A DNA stretch of 64,000 nucleotides, taken from Macrostomum lignano (taxonomy: Eukaryota). This document shows, in pieces, positions 22,701 through 34,700 of the stretch. Position 1 is the first letter of the stretch. Each line of letters opens with the position of its first letter. The notes under the pieces are model-generated. The model worked only from the letters and a program-made list of their open reading frames with translations. It searched no databases and was not told the DNA's origin. The stretch covers positions 25,910 to 89,909 of the forward strand of contig NIVC01001941.1 of assembly GCA_002269645.1 (NCBI GenBank), written 5' to 3'. Made by a program: the position numbers and the translations under genes.

Positions 22701-22746
22701 AGCTGAGGATTCTGGAGCAGCTGCAGATGATGGAGCGGCGATGTAG
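18210..22746 (+). CDS. PPP1R36: Protein phosphatase 1 regulatory subunit 36-like (~449 aa)
   Basis: Eleven exons with consistent phases: 18210-18230, 18887-18966, 19100-19317, 19745-19814, 19896-20261, 20653-20769, 20863-20892, 21414-21500, 21578-21634, 21711-21832, 22565-22746 (1350 nt). Recalled family motifs: YCALILGQG..DTHHMAAG..R.S.T..DR.MFETLYSFCSYVVWLTFKR..F..IEKEMGRIFRSDTFN, KRPAI..IVNQRSP, FGILG. Confidence 0.85.
19368..19718. repeat. (CTA)n microsatellite
   Basis: About 115 trinucleotide units in an intron. Confidence 0.98.
20290..20575. repeat. 39-bp intronic minisatellite
   Basis: ggctagattagcaatccattctattctttcattgatgtt, about 7 units. Confidence 0.95.
20918..21338. repeat. 28-bp intronic minisatellite (gacagactggggaagtgggagcggagct)
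   Basis: About 15 units. Confidence 0.95.
21833..22440. repeat. 26-bp intronic minisatellite (gagtgagatttggaaaggattagcaa)
   Basis: Starts at the exon-10 donor; the first ~4 units are a longer variant, followed by ~18 regular units. Confidence 0.95.
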
Positions 22747-23024
22747 AGAGAGAGAGGCTCGACTGACTGCGATCTGGGGCATGCTGTACTGTACACTCGC
22801 ATGCGTGTAAATTGCATGTTTGTTATGAGTACTGAATGACACTCATGCAGTACTCTTATTTTATGCGCTGTTTACGGCATCGCCAGATTCTATAAATATT
22901 TTTCCATGAAAATTTTTGTTTCCTAAAATTACTGCATGAACAGTTCGTTTTTCTGTTTACATTCTTCTGTAATCATCGCTATTTGAGTTTGAATGAGTTT
23001 GATTTTGATTATGAGTTTGATTAT

Positions 23025-23495
23025 GAGTTTGAGTGAGTGAGTGAGTGAGTGAGTGAGTGAGTGAGTGAGTGAGTGAGTGAGTGAGTGAGTGAGTGAGTGA
23101 GTGAGTGAGTGAGTGAGTGAGTAAGTGAGTAAGTGATTGAGTGAGTGAGTGGGTGAGTGAGTGAGTGAGTGAGTGAGTGAGTGAGTGAGTGAGTGAGTGA
23201 GTGAGTGAGTGAGTGAGTGAGTGAGTGAGTGAGTGAGTGAGTGATTGATTGAGTGAATGAGGGAGGGAGTGAGTGAGTGAATGAGTGAGTGAGTGAGTGA
23301 GTGAGTGAGTGAGTGAGTGAGTGAGTGAGTGAGTGAGTGAGTGAGTGAGTGAGTGAGTGAGTGATTGATTGAGTGAATGAGGGAGTGAGTGAGTGAGTGA
23401 GTGAGTGAGTGAATGAATGAGTGATTGAGTGAGTGAGTGAATGAGTGAGTGAGCAAGTGGGTGAGTGAGTGGGTGAGTGAATGGGTGAGTGAGCA
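23025..23495. repeat. (GAGT)n microsatellite
   Basis: Tetranucleotide run between the convergent PPP1R36 and P450 genes. Confidence 0.97.
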
Positions 23496-23906
23496 TATAT
23501 TTAATGCAAAATATGTTGATACATAGCTACGAATTTCTTAAGTTTCTTAGAAAGCGCTGCTGTGATGATCCAATGGTTAAATATGCGAGCAGAGTGCTGT
23601 GACAAGCAGATTTTATATGTTTCCATTGTTAAAATCGTTTTAAATAAATCAGATATTATAGCGTAACGTTTGCTATTCGACAGCCGCTTCGGCAAAGCAC
23701 GGATATGACCTTTCTTGTACTTTTGTACAAAAGTTTTATTTTAGATGCGAAATGCGCGCGAACTGTACATGCTGAAGGAATTCGAGGCAAGGCATGGTGA
23801 TGGTGGGAGGAAAATCCCGCTACTGCAATGGGCAAAACACTGATGCAAAAATAGAACCAGCTGGCGGGTGGGGATCTCCCGGGTTCAGTCAAGGACAAAC
23901 TCTGGC

Positions 23907-25498
23907 TCAGTCCCTGGGCAGCTCGGTGAACAGAATCCGGTGCTGCTTCGGCTGGTGCACCGCGCCATCCTCGCCGATGAAGATCTCGCTGAACCTCGGT
24001 CGCTCCTTCTCCGGCAGCTCCAGCTGGAAGTTCTGTACCAGGCTGGCCAGGAAGACCAGCATCTCCATGCGGGCGAGGCTCTCGCCCATGCAGCCCCGCT
24101 TGCCGGCGCCGAACACGAGGCCGTCCATGCCCGGGCTGCGGCAGTAGCAGCCCTCGGCGTCCAGGAACCGCGCCGGCCGGAACGTCTCCGGCTCGGGGAA
24201 CAGCTCGGCGTTGCGCGACACCGCGTAGGCGTTGGCGCCGACCACCGTGTCGGCCGGGATACGGTAGCCGCCGACGCTGGTCTCTCGGACTGAGTGGCGC
24301 ATGTTGAGGGGCACCAGCATGCAGAAGCGCAGCACCTCGTCCCAGAAGGCGCGGGTGTAGTGCAGGCCGGCCTGCTTCTCCAGGATGGTGTCGCCGAGGT
24401 AGAAGAGCTCGGCGCGGACTTTGTCCTGCACGTCCTGGTGCTTGGCCAGTAGCAGGGCGGCCCAGGTGAGCGCCACGGCCGTGGTGTCGGTGCCGGCCAC
24501 GAAGAAGTCGGCCACAATGTCGCACAGATCGTCATCAGTGAAGTAGTGCTCCGAGTCGGGGTCCTGGCGCACCTGCTCGCGGAGGAAGGCGGTGATGAAG
24601 TCCTCGGGCTGGTCGGCCTCGTTATTGTTGAAGTCCAGCTTCTCCTTGTGCCAGGCGATCTCGCGCTTGCAGAAGGCCTTGATGAAGGCGTAGCCCTCGG
24701 CGAAGCTGGCGGAGCCCGGCAGGGCCTTCATGACGTCCGGGTGGCCCTCCAGCCAGGGGAACATCATGGGGAAGAACACGAGAGTCAGGCTGATGTTGGT
24801 GACCATGCGGGCGCTGTCCAGCTGCCTGGCGAACTCCGGCTCGCTGTAGTCGAACCGCTTGCCGAACACCAGCTGGTTGATGACGTTGGACACGGCGCAG
24901 GACATGGCAGCGCGCGTCTCCACCGGCTCCGAGCATCGCGACCGGAGATCGTCCACCAGGTGAGTTGCCTCACGGAGGATGTTGTCCTGATTGGGGAGAG
25001 TGGAGTAACAGGGCTTGATTTGGAATGCCTGAATGATTGGATGGGCTGTACCTGAACTCAACCATGATCAGCTGCGTCTCTCACCTGCATCTGGATCTTG
25101 CCGAAGCCCAGGTCTCGCAGGATGCGATGGCTGAACCGGCGGTGCACCTTCCAGCGCTCGTAGTCGGCCATGAAGATTCCTTTGCGGGCGCCGAAGGTCT
25201 TGAGGAATGGCAGGTTGATGTGCTCCTGAAAGTCCTCGTGAGTGAGCACCTGGCGGAACATGGCCGGGTCGCCGACGATCACGAAGGTGGCCGAGCCGAC
25301 GCCGAAAGAGTAGACCGGGCCGAACTGGCCGTGCAGCTCCAGGGTGCGGTGCATCGGCAGCTTGCCCGGGTTCGCCAGCGTCCACTTGGTGGCGGTCGGC
25401 AGGTCGCCCAGAATCGCCACTCCGGGTCCCGGGATCTTCTTCTTGAGCTTCTCCGGCTCGTCCGGCCGGCCGAAGATCGAATCCTTGATGAAGTTCAT
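23907..25498 (-). CDS. Cytochrome P450, CYP2 clan-like (~497 aa, 2 coding exons)
   Basis: Exons 25498-25085 and 24986-23907 (98-nt phase-0 GT-AG intron). PGP hinge, WKVHRRF (C-helix), AGTDTT (I-helix), EVLR (ExxR), FRPARF (PERF variant), heme motif FGAGKRGCMG. Confidence 0.92.
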
Positions 25499-26159
25499 GC
25501 TGGACTGTCTGAGATTGCTTGGCTTGGACTGTAAAGTTTTCTATCGCTGAATGAGCTCCTTGGAGATTTGATGTCGAACGGGACTCCGGCGAGGCCATTT
25601 TTATAGACTTGGCGGTATTTTTCGAACTCTTCGATCTGTTTTGCACCTTAGCAGCTTCGGTTCGATCTAAGAGTTCGGAATTCTGTTGACAACGCATTCC
25701 GGTGCGTGTTTTGACTGCCAAGGCGCGCAGGAGTGCAGAGAATCCCGACCGGCGAATCAGGAACTGGTTGGATCCATTCCTGCAGCTTTCAGATGGGGAA
25801 TCCAGCCTCCGGCAGCTGGGATGCACCGCAGGGTGAACTCCAGTTTGACTTCCAGTAAACATGTTTGTCCGCTTAGACCAGCTGAAGGGTTCGTTCCGGA
25901 AAACTTTAGGGCGCACCGATGCGTTACCTGACGGCCTGTTTTTCGTTCTCTAAGGCCGCACCGGTGCAGTCCGGCAGCCCCAGCGCCTCCCGCCCGCCCG
26001 GAACGGATCGAGGGAGGCAAGAAAACAAAAACAAATTTTTCCGAACCAACAGTTGAAGTTCAATTCCACTTGTTTTTGTTGCCGCAAAAATAGGGGTCAA
26101 TGGCAATTGAAAATGTCCGAAAAAATGTTAACATAATTTTAGCAGTTCCTCTAACGCTG

Positions 26160-26635
26160 CTGGCGCCCCTAAGATGGTGTTCCCAAAAGAGCGCCCCCAG
26201 GTGGCGCACCCAAGACGGCGCTCCCCGAGGTAGCGCCCCCACGACGGCGCCCCTACGACGGCGCCCCTAAGATGGTGTTCCCAAAACGGCGCCCCTAAGA
26301 TGGTGTTCCCAAAACGGCGCCCCTAAGATGGTGTTCCCAAAACGGCGCCTCTAAGATGGTGTTCCCAAAACGGCGCCTCTAAGATGGTGTTCCCAAAACG
26401 GCGCCTCTAAGATGGTGGTCCCAAAACGGCGCCTCTAAGATTGTGTTCCCAAAACGGCGCCTCTAAGATGGTGTTCCCAAAACGGCGCCTCTAAGATGGT
26501 GTTCCCAAAACGGCGCCTCTAAGATGGTGGTCCCAAAAAAGCGCCCCCCAGATGGCGCCCTCACGACGGCGCCCCTAAGATCTAAGAGGTGTTCCCAAAA
26601 CGGCGCCCCCGCCGAGGTGGCGCCCCACGACGGAA
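26160..26635. repeat. 28-bp GC-rich minisatellite (cccaaaacggcgcctctaagatggtgtt) with degenerate ggcgcccc flanks
   Basis: About 10 regular units plus degenerate units on both sides. Confidence 0.9.
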
Positions 26636-28075
26636 AAAATGAGACTTCAAAAACTTCCTAAGAAACCAATTTTTTCATCCTTATTCTGATAACATCGCAG
26701 TTTTTTTCTATTGTAGAAACTTCTCATCTCGGCAATGCGTTCCTAGAAAATGCAAGCCTTTTTATAAGGTTTTCTAAGAAAACCAGTCCCAGTGCGTCAA
26801 GAGCACCTTGAAATCTGTACGCATCAGCGCAGATGATATGGCTGCCATAGACAGTCGTTGATTTGAAAATAGCCTAATGATGTGTTCCTTATTACCCGAC
26901 TTTCGATAATCAAGGAACAATCACTTCTAGCTCAACAGCTAGGCAACCCAGTAAGTCAAACGAAGGTATTCAATTACCTTTAATCCGGATTTGAATTTCT
27001 TGAGTAGTTCTCGCTAGGAACTTGTCAGTAGATCTCGTAGATCAGGCGCCTTGATTCTTCAGTTGCTCTGGTCCTGGTTCCTCTTGTACTTCCGATAAGT
27101 TCTTCCGGCCGGTATCTTCCGTCAGGACCAATCAGAGGCCTCGTAGCAACAATGGGTACCCTGCGCCAAACTGCGGTCTAAATTAAGCCTCCTTCTTCTA
27201 GCAGTGCCTCTATGCACTCTAGGTATAGCTCCGGAAACCACTGATAGTCCTCTAAGATCTATCAGGGGCAGTCCTTCTGGAGACTGCAACCAATGGAGTC
27301 TAAACAGACTCAAGAGTCTCAACAGACTCAATTAGACTCAAGTCTCAATAGACTTGAGCGAGACGTCTCTAACACAACGGGCGCAAATAAGGAAGGCTTA
27401 CCGCAACAACTCGACCGAGTCTCGATTGACTTGGTAGATCAGGAAGTCCTCCTAAGGCTTCCTCTTCGGAGCGCTCCTCTTCCGTGGGGAGAATGGCTCC
27501 GGTACCGCTTCAGATCGCTTGTATTTATAGACAAGTTTTTGATCCAAAATAGTATCATGACAATTCACGTGTTGCGCTAAAAGGGGAAAATGGCTCATGG
27601 CGTATTATTCTGGTAACATCTTTTTCTGGTAGCGTGATTCATTCAAAGCTTAGGCGCACATGCGTGTACTTACTTACTTATAGTAGTATTATACGATTAT
27701 CTTCTTTTTTCCTTTTTTAACGGGAGGTAGAACACTCTACACTAAGGTTTAGGTGCTGTTTCTCAGTTACCCTAGACATGCTAAGGGTCGCTTATGGAAC
27801 TTCTGTATTTGTTTACAAACAGAATAATGGAAAGAACTTTGGTCTGCTGGCTTCCTTCAGGCGCTACGAGTGTAATCCCACAGCTGAGGCTATTTTTAGC
27901 TACTGGCTTGCGTCACCAGCGATGGCGCACTTTTGAACAAGGTGAAGGATGAAGATGGACAGAGGTTCAAGGCAGCTGCCGCCACCCACTGCCTGCCCCT
28001 CCCCCCTGCAACAGCCCGGGAAATCACCTGACTGACGAATCTGTGCTGTTCGAGTTAGAATGTTTTCTCGGTTGC

Positions 28076-28111
<36 letters not shown>

Positions 28112-28359
28112 GTCAATCATCAAACTAGCCTACTGACGTCAGAGCTAATTGTTGCCGAGGAGCCAACTTCAAAACAGCTTTGCCTCTGAGAATCAGTTTA
28201 GGAGAATCTTGCCTGGAGAACATGTCGCTTTCACAAGCTCCAAATTTCGGAGTTTCAGATAGTCGAAAATTCCGGCTAGAATTTCGACCGTTATTTGAGT
28301 CCCATGAAACTTCGAGCTTGGTGAAATTCTGCGTGACGAGGCCAAGCTTAAATGAGGGG

Positions 28360-29150
28360 GGGAGATCTCTAAGGATGGAATTAATCGGGGAATTGCGCTG
28401 GGGAAATTTCGGGGAGAATTCTCTGCGGTGGGTATCCTTGAGGGTAATTTTATGCGTAGGGTAATTTTGAGGGACATTCTCTGGGGTGGGGTATCTTTGA
28501 GGGGAATTCTCTGGGGTGGGGTATCTTTGAGGGGAATTCTCTGGGGTGGGGTATCTTTGAGGGGAATTCTCTGGGGTGGGGTAATTTTGAGGGAACTTCT
28601 CTGGGGTGGGGTATCTTTGAGGGGAATTCTCTGGGGTGGGGTATCTTTGAGGGGAATTCTCTGGGGTGGGGTAATTTTGAGGGAACTTCTCTGGGGTGGG
28701 GTATCTTTGAGGGGAATTCTCTGGGGTGGGGTATCTTTGAGGGGAATTCTCTGGGCTGGGGTATCTTTGAGGGGAATTCTCTGGGGTGGGGTAATTTTGA
28801 GGGAATTTCTCTGGGGTGGGGTATCTTTGAGGGGAATTCTCTGGGGTGGGGTATCTTTGAGGGGAATTCTCTGGGGTGGGGTAATTTTGAGAGAACTTCT
28901 CTGGGGTAGGGTATCTTTGATGGGAATTCGCTGGGATGGGTATCCTTGAGGGTAATTCTATGGGTAGGGGTAGGGGTATAAAAAATAAAAAATAAAAATT
29001 GGTAGGGTAATACTGAGGGGCATTCTCTGACATTGGGGTAATTTTGAGGGGAATTCACTGGGATGGGGATTTTGGGGGGGAATTCTTCGGGTGGGGTCAT
29101 TTCAGAGAGAATTCCCTGGGTTGGGGGAATTTCCGGTAGAATTCGGTCGA
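28360..29150. repeat. 30-bp G-rich minisatellite (gggtggggtatctttgaggggaattctctg)
   Basis: About 16 regular units with degenerate flanks; probably the interior of a non-autonomous DNA element whose ends I could not define. Confidence 0.9.
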
Positions 29151-29714
29151 CGCATAATTTCTTCATAGTTTCAGACAACTCACAAACAAAAGTTTTTGAA
29201 TTTTAAATTTTGGAAGTGAAAATGATTTTTGAAGTTGCAAATATTCAGTTTGTCTACTTCAAGTAGCAATACGCAGGTAATCAGGCAGTGACAAGAACTG
29301 TGTTTTTGTCAAAATAGGCAGAATCGGCCGCTTCAATCAACCAGCGATTTTATTTATAAAGCTTGATTGAACGGAAACAAAAGCTAGGATTAACACCAGC
29401 AGCCCGATTCAAATATAGCTGGCATATTTGGGAACCAGTCAATCAATTAAAGTCAGTACAATAGGAGTGTACAAAGATATCAAGATATGTTCATAGGCAA
29501 TAAATGCAATTTTGCTGTCAAACACAGAAAGAAGAAGCGATTGTGTGCCAGAAGAACAGGTGCCAGACAGTTCAGCATTGAAGCTTATCAACGAGAGCAA
29601 GCACTATTGTGAAATAGGTGTTTGAATCTAAAACTGACTTGACAAGAAATTTAGTAATATTTTCTGCGGAGCATCAATTGGATTTGGGAAAGCGTTTCCT
29701 TAGAATAGGGCCAC

Positions 29715-31568
29715 TAACAGTGTCACAAACAGTGTCACAAACAGTGCCACAAATAGTGCCACAAACAGCGCCACAAACAGTGTCACAAACAGTGCCACAA
29801 ATAGTGCCACAAACAGTTCCTCAAACAGTGCCTCAAACAGTGCCACGAACAGTGTCACAAACAGTGCCACAAACAGTGCCACGAACAGTGCCACAAACAG
29901 TGCCACAAACAGTGCCACAAACAGTTCCTCAAACAGTGCCACAAACAGTGCCTCAAACAGTGTCACAAACAGTGCCACAAACAGTTCCTCAAACAGTGCC
30001 ACAAACAGTGCCTCAAACAGTGCCACAAACAGTGCCACAAACAGTGCCTCAAACAGTGCCACGAACAGTGTCACAAACAGTGCCACAAACAGTTCCTCAA
30101 ACAGTGCCACGAACAGTGTCACAAACAGTGCCTCAAACAGTGCCTCAAACAGTGTCACAAACAGTGCCACAAACAGTTCCTCAAACAGTGCCACAAACAG
30201 TGCCTCAAACAGTGCCACGAACAGTGTCACAAACAGTGTCACAAACAGTGCCACAAACAGTGCCACGAACAGTGTCACAAACAGTGTCACAAACAGTGCC
30301 ACAAACAGTGCCACAAACAGTGCCACAAACAGTGCCACAAACAGCGCCACAAACAGTGTCACAAACAGTGCCACAAACAGTACCACAAACAGTTCCTCAA
30401 ACAGTGCCACAAACAGTGCCTCAAACAGTGCCACGAACAGTGTCACAAACAGTGCCACAAACAGTTCCTCAAACAGTGCCACAAACAGTGCCACGAACAG
30501 TGTCACAAACAGTGCCACAAACAGTGCCACAAACAGTGCCACGAACAGTGTCACAAACAGTGTCACAAACAGTGCCACAAACAGTGCCACAAACAGTGCC
30601 ACAAACAGCGCCACAAACAGTGTCACAAACAGTGCCACAAACAGTACCACAAACAGTTCCTCAAACAGTGCCACAAACAGTGCCTCAAACAGTGTCACAA
30701 ACAGTGCCACAAACAGTTCCTCAAACAGTGCCACAAACAGTGCCTCAAACAGTGCCACGAACAGTGTCACAAACAGTGCCACAAACAGTGCCACAAACAG
30801 TGCCACGAACAGTGTCACAAACAGTGTCACAAACAGTGCCACAAACAGTGCCACAAACAGTGCCACAAACAGCGCCACAAACAGTGTCACAAACAGTGCC
30901 ACAAACAGTGCCACAAACAGTGCCACAAACAGTGCCACAAACAGCGCCACAAACAGTGTCACAAACAGTGCCACAAACAGTACCACAAACAGTTCCTCAA
31001 ACAGTGCCACAAACAGTGCCTCAAACAGTGCCACGAACAGTGTCACAAACAGTGCCACAAACAGTTCCTCAAACAGTGCCACAAACAGTGCCACGAACAG
31101 TGTCACAAACAGTGCCACAAACAGTGCCACAAACAGTGCCACGAACAGTGTCACAAACAGTGTCACAAACAGTGCCACAAACAGTGCCACAAACAGTGCC
31201 ACAAACAGCGCCACAAACAGTGTCACAAACAGTGCCACAAACAGTACCACAAACAGTTCCTCAAACAGTGCCACAAACAGTGCCTCAAACAGTGTCACAA
31301 ACAGTGCCACAAACAGTTCCTCAAACAGTGCCACAAACAGTGCCTCAAACAGTGCCACGAACAGTGTCACAAACAGTGCCACAAACAGTGCCACAAACAG
31401 TGCCACGAACAGTGTCACAAACAGTGTCACAAACAGTGCCACAAACAGTGCCACAAACAGTGCCACAAACAGCGCCACAAACAGTGTCACAAACAGTGCC
31501 ACAAACAGTGCCACAAACAGTGCCACAAACAGTGCCACAAACAGCGCCACAAACAGTGTCACAAACAG
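29715..31568. repeat. 12-bp minisatellite (acaaacagtgcc) with 600-bp higher-order duplication
   Basis: About 155 units; 30301-30960 is repeated at 30901-31560. Confidence 0.97.
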
Positions 31569-31733
31569 CATTCTGTCGGTTTACTTCCCAAATCTCACAG
31601 CACCTTTAACTGCCATCAGAATCCTCACTCGAGTCCTTTCATCTTCATCTCCCCCTCCGAACAGGAAACACCGCACGTATGAACTGGAGCTCTAACTGGC
31701 TGCTGAGCTCATGCTTAGCCAGACAGGATATCC

Positions 31734-34700
31734 TCAGCCGGCGGAGTACCGACCAGAATTGGGCGTCTTCGGCGCGCTCATGTTGGCGTACAGGCTGATG
31801 TCCGGCAGCACCAGCCTCTCGCCTCCGTCCTCATCGTCGCAGGCCTCATCGTCGCTGCTTGAGTCGAGACCGACGCCGTTTCTCAAACTACTGGAGCCTC
31901 TGACTGTCTGCGCGTCCGCCTCGCCTTCCTCCTCCTCCTCTTCTGTGATTGGCTCCGGCCTGGCCCAGTTCTGGCCAATCCCGGCAGCCCTGGCGTCGGC
32001 TAACAAGCGGTCGAGAACTGCGCGATCCAGGGGCGGAACCTGGAATGCAATATGTTGCGGTTTATACTACTAATGTTGACAGTAGACAGAATGCGCATCC
32101 TAGCACGGATAATTAAAATGCAGGAGTAGAACGGATTGCTAATCTAGCCAATAGCAGAAAACTATTGATACTAATAGAGTAAACAGACTCTGATAATAAT
32201 TATTAGATAGTTACTCCCGCTGTTTATTAAAAACAATTGCCAACAGGAAGATCACGGGCGCACCTGAATAGCCAGTTCTCGGCTCGCCTCATCGTCTGGC
32301 AGCCTGGCGGAGGACAGCGAATCGACGTCACCGCCGGTCTCGCTGGCGGCGCTCGTCGGCCCAGCGGCAGATGCCGTCGACTGCAGGCTGCGGTGGCTGC
32401 CCAGCTGGGAATTCGCGTCCCGGACACTGTGGCTGGCAGCGATAGAGCGGGAGCAGTCGGACAGCAGGGCGGACATGGCCTCGGCCGAGAGTGGACCCTG
32501 GGACGACTGCCGGTGTGAGGGGATGGGGTGTTAATTAAAGTTCATACAGTCCTTAGAGTGTGTTCAACTTGCAGCTACAGTCTGAGATCGAAGTCCATAT
32601 GCTAAAACTTTATTTAAATTCTCAAATCCAACATATCAAATCCAACATATCAAATCCAACATATCAAATCCAACATATCAAATCCAGCATATCAAATCTA
32701 ACATATCAAAGCTAACATATCAAATCCAAAATCTCAAATTCGACGTCTCAAATCCAACATCTCAAATCCAACATCTCAAATCCGACATCTCAAATCCAGC
32801 ATCTCAAATCCGACATCTCAAATCCAACGTCTCAAATCCAACATCTCAAATCCAACAGCTTAAATCCAACATCTCAAATCCAACATCTCAAATCCAACAT
32901 CTCAAATCCAACATCTCAAATCCGACATCTCAAATCCAACATCTCAAATCCAACATCTCAAATCCAACAGCTCAAATCCAACATCTCAAATCCGACATCT
33001 CAAATCCAACATCTCAAATCCAACATCTCAAATCCGACATCTCAAATCCAACAAATCCACAAAGCCAGAAATCACCTCATTGCTAATCAAAGAAAGCCGG
33101 CTGTTCAGCTCCTCCAGCCGGTGACTCATCAGTCGCTCCTCTTTGACTTCGGCGAGCGCCTTCTCGCCGAGCCTGTCCAGATCCCAGTCCTGGCCGGCCG
33201 TAGCCCGCTGCAGCGCGGTGGCTCTGTACGCGTCGCTCAGCTCCGACTGTCGCCTTGCCGACGACGGCGACTCCTCCGACCAGGCGGTCAGCGCCGGCGG
33301 CGGCACGGAGCCGAGGCGGGCCAGGCCAGCTTCGATTTCGCGTAGTCGACGCGAATCGGCGTCGGAGACTCGGTAGCCCTCGCCCGGGCTGAGCTCGGCC
33401 AGCTGGTAGCCCGAGCTCGAATCCTGCCGTAGTAGCGGCGGTGGGAGGCGCGAGTGAAATTTTCCGGTGTTGTTTAGTTTTTTACGATGAAAACACGCCA
33501 CAGGCGGTGTGCACAGCCAACGAAACCCATGGCAAGTTGATTCAATTCATATAAAGCATAAAGCATGATAAACATGAAATGCAACTTGATAGACACGCTG
33601 ATTTAACTCAATAAGCACAATGGCTCGACTCGATAAACACATGATTCGATTTGATAAACAGACGAATCCAATTTATTAACTAACAAATCAAATCCATAAA
33701 CTTACAAGCCAAATCGATAAACACACGAATTAAACCGATAAACAGACGAGCCAAATCGATAAACACACAAATCAATTGATAAACACACACGCCAAATCGA
33801 TAAACACACGAATAAAATTCATAAACACACAAGCCAAATCGATAAACACACGAATCAAATCGATAAAAACAAGACTCAAATCGATCAACAAACATCAAAT
33901 TGATAAACACATGAAACAAATCGATAAACACACGAATAAAATCGATAAACATGACATCAAATTCAATAAAGACGCGCAGCATTCTGACACATTTGCTTTT
34001 CAAACACCAAAAATGAATGAGAAGCACAGCCAATATAAAAAAATGAACAATGGAACTGTCTTACATGGCTTCTGTTGGACTTAATTAAATAATTATTTTG
34101 TTAAAATGATATTCAACCGTATTTTTGTGCTCCATAGCAATGTTTAAATTAACAGTGTGAACTATTTTTTATTAGAAATTTGTGCCAATTAAATCTTTAC
34201 ATAATTGCAAACAGCTGTGAAACAATTTTCAGTGACAGCCACTTGTCGGCCTTCATAACTCATGTTAGCAATATGAATGTGTTTCATCTGTGTAAAATGC
34301 GAGAGAGCGCTGTGACAAGCCAAGACCGCTCTCAGCTCCCCAGACACCAAACCAAACAATAAAGAATAAAAAGCCATCAAACTAAATGAAAAAATACAAA
34401 GCAAAATTGGCAACAAACTATTCCAATGCTGAGAACAGTCGATGGTGTTGGTGGTAAGCTGAGCATCTCAGGGTCCAGCTGAAAGCAACAACAGGTGAGC
34501 GAGTCTGTGTGTCCTCGACGCCCAATATTAGATAGGGGCCTAATTCGAGTTCTAGAAACTAATTCTAGCTACTAATTAGTAGTATTATCACTAAATCATT
34601 AATTTTTCCTTCATATTCAATACTTGCTATTTTTAAGTAGGCGCAAGACACATGTGTCAATATTTTATCCACTAACTGGTGTTGCTTGGAAGCATTGAGC

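Noticed and set aside
25068-25916. 282-aa minus-strand ORF overlapping the P450 5' end
   Set aside because: It is out of frame with the P450 and has no recognisable motifs; likely UTR or intron plus the shadow of GC-rich coding sequence.
29618-31609. 663-aa TVPQ-repeat ORF and antisense 623-aa VALF-repeat ORF
   Set aside because: They result from a stop-free 12-bp minisatellite; there is no signal peptide, unique domain or splice context.
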